Shown one piece after another: positions 60,201 through 64,000 of a DNA stretch of 64,000 bases. Origin of the DNA: Camelus dromedarius. Taxonomy: Eukaryota. The translations under genes were made by a program, and so were the position numbers. Numbering within the stretch: position 1 is the stretch's first letter; each line of letters begins with the position of its first letter. The notes below the pieces were generated by a model. That model was not told the DNA's origin. It saw only the letters and a program-made list of their open reading frames with translations, and searched no databases. Location of the stretch: assembly GCF_036321535.1 (NCBI RefSeq), contig NC_087447.1, positions 38,690,001 through 38,754,000 on the forward strand. The letters are read 5' to 3'.

Positions 60201-61944
60201 ACGTGGAGCTGGGGCAGTTTTCCCAGGGAACCCAGATTCTCAGTTTGGGGGAGGGCTGAAGACGCCAATGGGGTTACGCCCACTTCCCTCCGGTCCACGG
60301 AGAGGACTGGCTGACTGCTTCCCAGCTCCGCCGAGAGGCTGAGCCCTTGTACGTTCGGCTTGCTGGGCAGCCTCGTCAACCCGCCGCCGGCTCCCTCCGG
60401 GCTGGGTCGGGTGTCCTCCGCCCCCGTCCGTCTCCGCGGAGCATCCAGCATCCCGCCGACCCTGAGCGCTGGGTCAGAGGGGCTGCCCGCCAGGCGTTGA
60501 GGGAATCCATGTGCGGACGGTGCCCGGAAGCCCGCTTTGGGTAGCTCCAGGTGAAGAAAGTCGGGGACACCAACCAGGGAAAACCGAAGAAGCGAAGAGT
60601 TCTGAGAAGGGTGGCCCCTGGTCCTAGTCGCCTGTGTGGCCCGGGCGTCCTCTAACACTACCCGCCCCCAACTTTCTCCAGTGTTGCTCTCCCACCACTT
60701 CCTCCCGCGACGCTCTAGGAACCAGGAAAGCGGGAGTGGAAGGGTGACCTCCGTTGGCCCATTTGCCCCACCAGGTGCTCCAAAGCCCCTCTCTTCCCAG
60801 CTTGGCCCCAGCGTTGACTTATTAAGGGGCGGGGATGAAGGGACACGCGCCCTACCACTCCCTGCCTGCGGGGCCTCGGTGAAGCCAGGCAGGCTTCCTT
60901 CCCTGCCCGGTGGATGTCCTCGCTCCCGACTGGAGAACGGCAGCTGCTGCACGGGGAAAAGATATCTGGGAAGATGACCCAGCTGAAGAGAGGCAGCGGG
61001 ACGGGGAAATGATGTCAGGGGTCTTCAGGTCTGTGCGGGTCGAGCTGCCTATCCTGCCCGGTAGGCGCTCGCTTGCTTTGGACATCCCCTATCTGCGCTC
61101 GCGAAAGCCGGCTCTCAGCTGAGGAGCGCAGGAAATACACCTGGGGCACCGAGCCTCGAGGTTGCGGGAGCCAAGGTCCCCCGGCCTCCAGGGAGCAGGC
61201 CATGGGAATTCGGGCTTCCCTTTCCTTCTCCATAGGGTTCCCCTTTCCTCTCCGAAACTGCTCAGAGCTCCCGGTCCACTGGGAGCCTGTCCTAGAAATC
61301 CGAGGTCTTCTCCCTCGCCCGGGATCATCAGAGAATAATTTGGACTTCTTTCCAGGGATCCTTCTGCAAAGCTTCAGGCTCTTTCTCCCCTCCTCCCCTT
61401 GCGCTGGGACCAGTTAAGGGAAAAGCCTAAGTACCTTCTCCTAAAGGGACCTGTCCGGGCAAGCTGGAGTGACCGTCCCACTGGGTGCCAGTCAGTGAGA
61501 AGCTGATTTCCTCTCCTTCAGGGATGGGAGCGGGGAAAACCGGAGTCACCACCTTGCCTGGGACCCCACTGAGAGAAAACAGGGTCCCCTCCTCTCCAGA
61601 GACGGATCTAGAGAAAGCCGGGTCTCCACTGCTCTCCTGGAGCTGGACGAGGGAGAAGCCGAGTTCCCTCCCAGCCAGGCCGGTGTGACGCGTCGCTCGC
61701 TATAGCCCAAGCCCGGGAACCGCGAATCGGAGATGGGGGCTGCCTGTCCTGGCTGAGGCCCCCGCGACGGCCCCAGAGGCCGGCTCGGGGCTAAAAGGGC
61801 TGAGGGTAGCCAGGACATAAGGGCCTTTGCCGGGCTGCACCGGCACCCTGCGTCCGGGAACCGCGCGCCCTCCTCAGGCACCGCGCGGTCGGCGCCCTCC
61901 GGGGTCCGGGTCTCGAGCCCCCAACGCCACTCCGGGCCACTTAC

Positions 61945-62182
61945 CGCGGTAGCTGGTTCCCGGCTTGTAGAAGTCAGGGTCGCCCTCCACGCGGAGACTG
62001 AACTCGGTGTAGCCCTCGCGCCGCGTGCCTTGGACGCGCAGGATGCGGCTGCAGTAGCCCTCTGATTTGGGCACTTTGTCCAGGGTCTCGTCGGAGAAGG
62101 CCAGCGCCGCGGCCAGGGGCAGCGCCAGGGCCAGCAGCACTGGACTCCGGCTCAGCCTCAGGGGCGCCGGGGACAGCCTCAT
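61945..62182 (-). CDS. SPON1: Spondin-1 (F-spondin) coding exon 1: signal peptide and start of the reeler domain
   Basis: ATG at 62182 (gcgaggATG, A at -3) translates MRLSPAPLRLSRSPVLLALALPLAAALAFSDETLDKVPKSEGYCSRILRVQGTRREGYTEFSLRVEGDPDFYKPGTSYR, the recognisable F-spondin N-terminus. The 238 nt (79 codons + 1) end at a canonical donor G|GTAAGT, with the intron starting at 61944 in phase 1. Confidence 0.98.
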
Positions 62183-62530
62183 CCTCGCGGGCCCCCAACT
62201 TTGTGCCACTGAGGCCAGCTCTCGCCACGCGACTCCTACCCGAAGGGGTCCCCGCGGAAGCGAGACCTGGCGGAGCCCAGCGGGGAGCGGAGCTTGGAGC
62301 CGGCGCTGGCAACTGGGAGACCGTGTGCCCGCCTCGGCTTGGCGGCTGCCGAGCGGCGCTGCTCTGAGCAGAGCTGAGCAAGCCGAGCAGTGCGAGCAAG
62401 GGAGGGCGGCGGCGAAGGAGGAGGAGGAGGAGGAGGAGGAGGGAGGGCTGATTTTGCCCAGATCCCCGAGCGCAGCGCTGTTTTGTTTCCGAGCTGGCGA
62501 TTAGCGGCGCGGCCGTGTTTATTTTGCGAC
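62183..62530 (-). promoter_or_regulatory. SPON1: SPON1 5' leader/core promoter with (TCC)8 repeat and forkhead-like motif
   Basis: GC-rich, no upstream ATG on the minus strand; (GGA)8 on + at 62417-62440; TGTTTATTT at 62516-62524. The exact TSS cannot be read from sequence. Confidence 0.65.
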
Positions 62531-63344
62531 GCTGGATTCCCAGGGTCTGGCAAGGAAATCAGAGGGCACAGGGACACTGCGGGCTCTGTCCCACCAAGGA
62601 GGCTGCTGCCCCAACCCCCTGGACCCTGCGGAGTAGGGTGCTCCAAGGTGGGAAAGACTGAGAACTAACTTTCTGTTGCACACCTACTCTGTGCGTAGCA
62701 ATACGCTGGGCAGTTTACTTACCCGCTTGCTTTCTCCACTCTCACTGCACACAATAAACGTGACATTACTTTCACTTATTTTATAGATGAGCAAACTGAG
62801 GCTTGCGGCCAGTTAAGGCAGGGTCACACGCCATGGCTATCTGACTCTATTGCCCTACTTATAGGGTGCTGCAACAGTTCAGAGTGGAGAGTGGAAAGGA
62901 ACAGAATGGCCCCATCCATGAGGCCCAGCAGGCACTGGGCTATGGCCTGTAACACTTTTGGAGATTCCTGAAAGTTTTCTTTAAACCAGAAGAAAAAAAC
63001 ATTTAGGTTCAATAGAATATTTTACTAGCTATATTAACATATTTGTATTTATACCTACACAGTTATAAAATGTAATGTTTACTATTGTTTTATGAAGGGC
63101 GGAGCCCACAAAGACAAAAGTGCCAAAGGCCTACAGGAGTCCTCATATAGCCTTGGAAAGGGGTTTTGAAAGTTTCCCAAAAAAAGCCTGTTTTCTTGGC
63201 TTAGATATTAGTTCAGGTTCCCAGTCCCCAGTGACAGATGTTTGGAAAGCGGCTAAGCCTGAGGGCTCCCTGGGCAGAGCCTCAAGCGCCAACCTCAAGG
63301 CCAGACAGAAGACCCAGGTGCAAGAATCTCTCTCGGTGTTCCCC

Positions 63345-63530
63345 TGGGAACAGACCTGAATCAAACATTAGTCCTGCTACTCACCCATTGTGAGACTTGG
63401 GCAAGTTATTTAACCTTACCAAGCTTGCATTTCATGCTCAGAGGGTATGTGTGCGCCTGTGAGCTAATACACCCTTCCTCTAGGGGGCACTAGAGTTAAA
63501 TGAAATGACCCACATAAAACACTGGGCCCT
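63345..63530 (+). mobile_element. MIR SINE upstream of the SPON1 promoter
   Basis: cagacctgaatcaaac...tgtgagacttgggcaagttatttaacctt...gagttaaatgaaatga...ataaaacact. Confidence 0.7.
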
Positions 63531-64000
63531 GTCTCCACTGTTTCCAGCCCCCACACCCCCAGGATCAAACGGCGGGTCTAGGCTGGCCCTGGGCACCACA
63601 GTAATGGAGACCAAGCCCACCCTGTGGATGCCTTAATGCCTCTGCCTCCCGTCAATGTGCACAAGCACCCCAAGTGCTCTCAGAAGCTTTGGTTATGCAC
63701 CTCGTCCTTCCCCTGGGCTGTCAACACACCTCAAGAGCCTGCATTTAAAAAGCAATCTCCTTTGCTTTCCAGGTCAGGTATTTCTCTTTGACATCACTAA
63801 CAAACAGCCTGGAGTAGCCATCCGCATTGGAGGTCTCCATCCCTCCTCGCCTTACCCCTCAGTCCTTGTGCTGGGACTCACACTGCCACTATTAACTTGG
63901 GCGCCTTCTCTCAGAGGTCCCCCAAGAGTGCCCCCTTGTTGAAGCCAATTGTGCTCTTTTCTCAGCCCTGATCCTTCCTGACCCTCAGCAGCACCTGATC

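Larger units (their letters stand above)
41968..61944 (-). other. SPON1: SPON1 intron 1 (19,977 bp, GT-AG)
   Basis: Bounded by the exon 1 donor and the exon 2 acceptor, with matching reading phase. Confidence 0.95.
60270..62650. promoter_or_regulatory. SPON1: CpG island covering the SPON1 promoter, 5' UTR, exon 1 and start of intron 1
   Basis: Abrupt rise in GC and CpG density against a CpG-poor background; GC box GGGGCGGGG at ~60826-60834; surrounds the first coding exon. Confidence 0.9.

Noticed and set aside
60053..60952. 299-aa minus-strand ORF, the longest in the track
   Set aside because: Non-ATG start, low-complexity G/P/R/S composition expected in a CpG island, C-terminus is translated MIR (ALESDGLGFSSCVTLCKSFNFSEP), no recognisable domain; lies in SPON1 intron 1.
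61874..61944. C-terminal part of the 111-aa ORF (GKWPGVALG...)
   Set aside because: Read-through past the exon 1 GTAAGT donor; intronic.
62920..63155. Possible hAT-type DNA transposon remnant upstream of the promoter
   Set aside because: The end (aagtgccaaaggcctacagg...ccttg) is suggestive, but I could not assign termini or family.

Overview
Mammalian nuclear DNA, not prokaryotic. It is most likely camelid (camel/alpaca/llama lineage), inferred from seven copies of a tRNA-Ala(AGC)-derived SINE and no recognisable Alu, Bov-A/BovB, PRE-1 or CAN-SINE. The window holds the 5' end of SPON1 (F-spondin) on the minus strand: a CpG-island promoter (~60.3-62.65 kb), coding exon 1 (62182-61945), a 20-kb intron 1, coding exon 2 (41967-41861) and at least 41.8 kb of intron 2. 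I did not find exon 3. The rest is intronic and rich in repeats: a ~5.8-kb two-LTR MER4-group-like ERV with a gag matrix relic, a solo LTR with a clean 4-bp TSD, MaLR/ERVL LTRs, L1, L2, CR1/L3, MIR, Tigger1, hAT elements and microsatellites. Nearly all other ORFs in the track are chance or repeat-derived. I found no evidence of a wholly new biological system. The best leads are candidate SPON1 enhancers (SOX/ZIC/FOX and HOX-PBX clusters), a CTCF motif inside a MIR, a stop-free in-frame 5' leader with a strong-context CUG, inverted L1 ends bracketing exon 2, a hairpin formed inside a MIR, and reciprocal repeat differences between the two ERV LTRs. Repeat family names are from memory of consensus sequences, not a RepeatMasker run, and repeat boundaries without a TSD are approximate.
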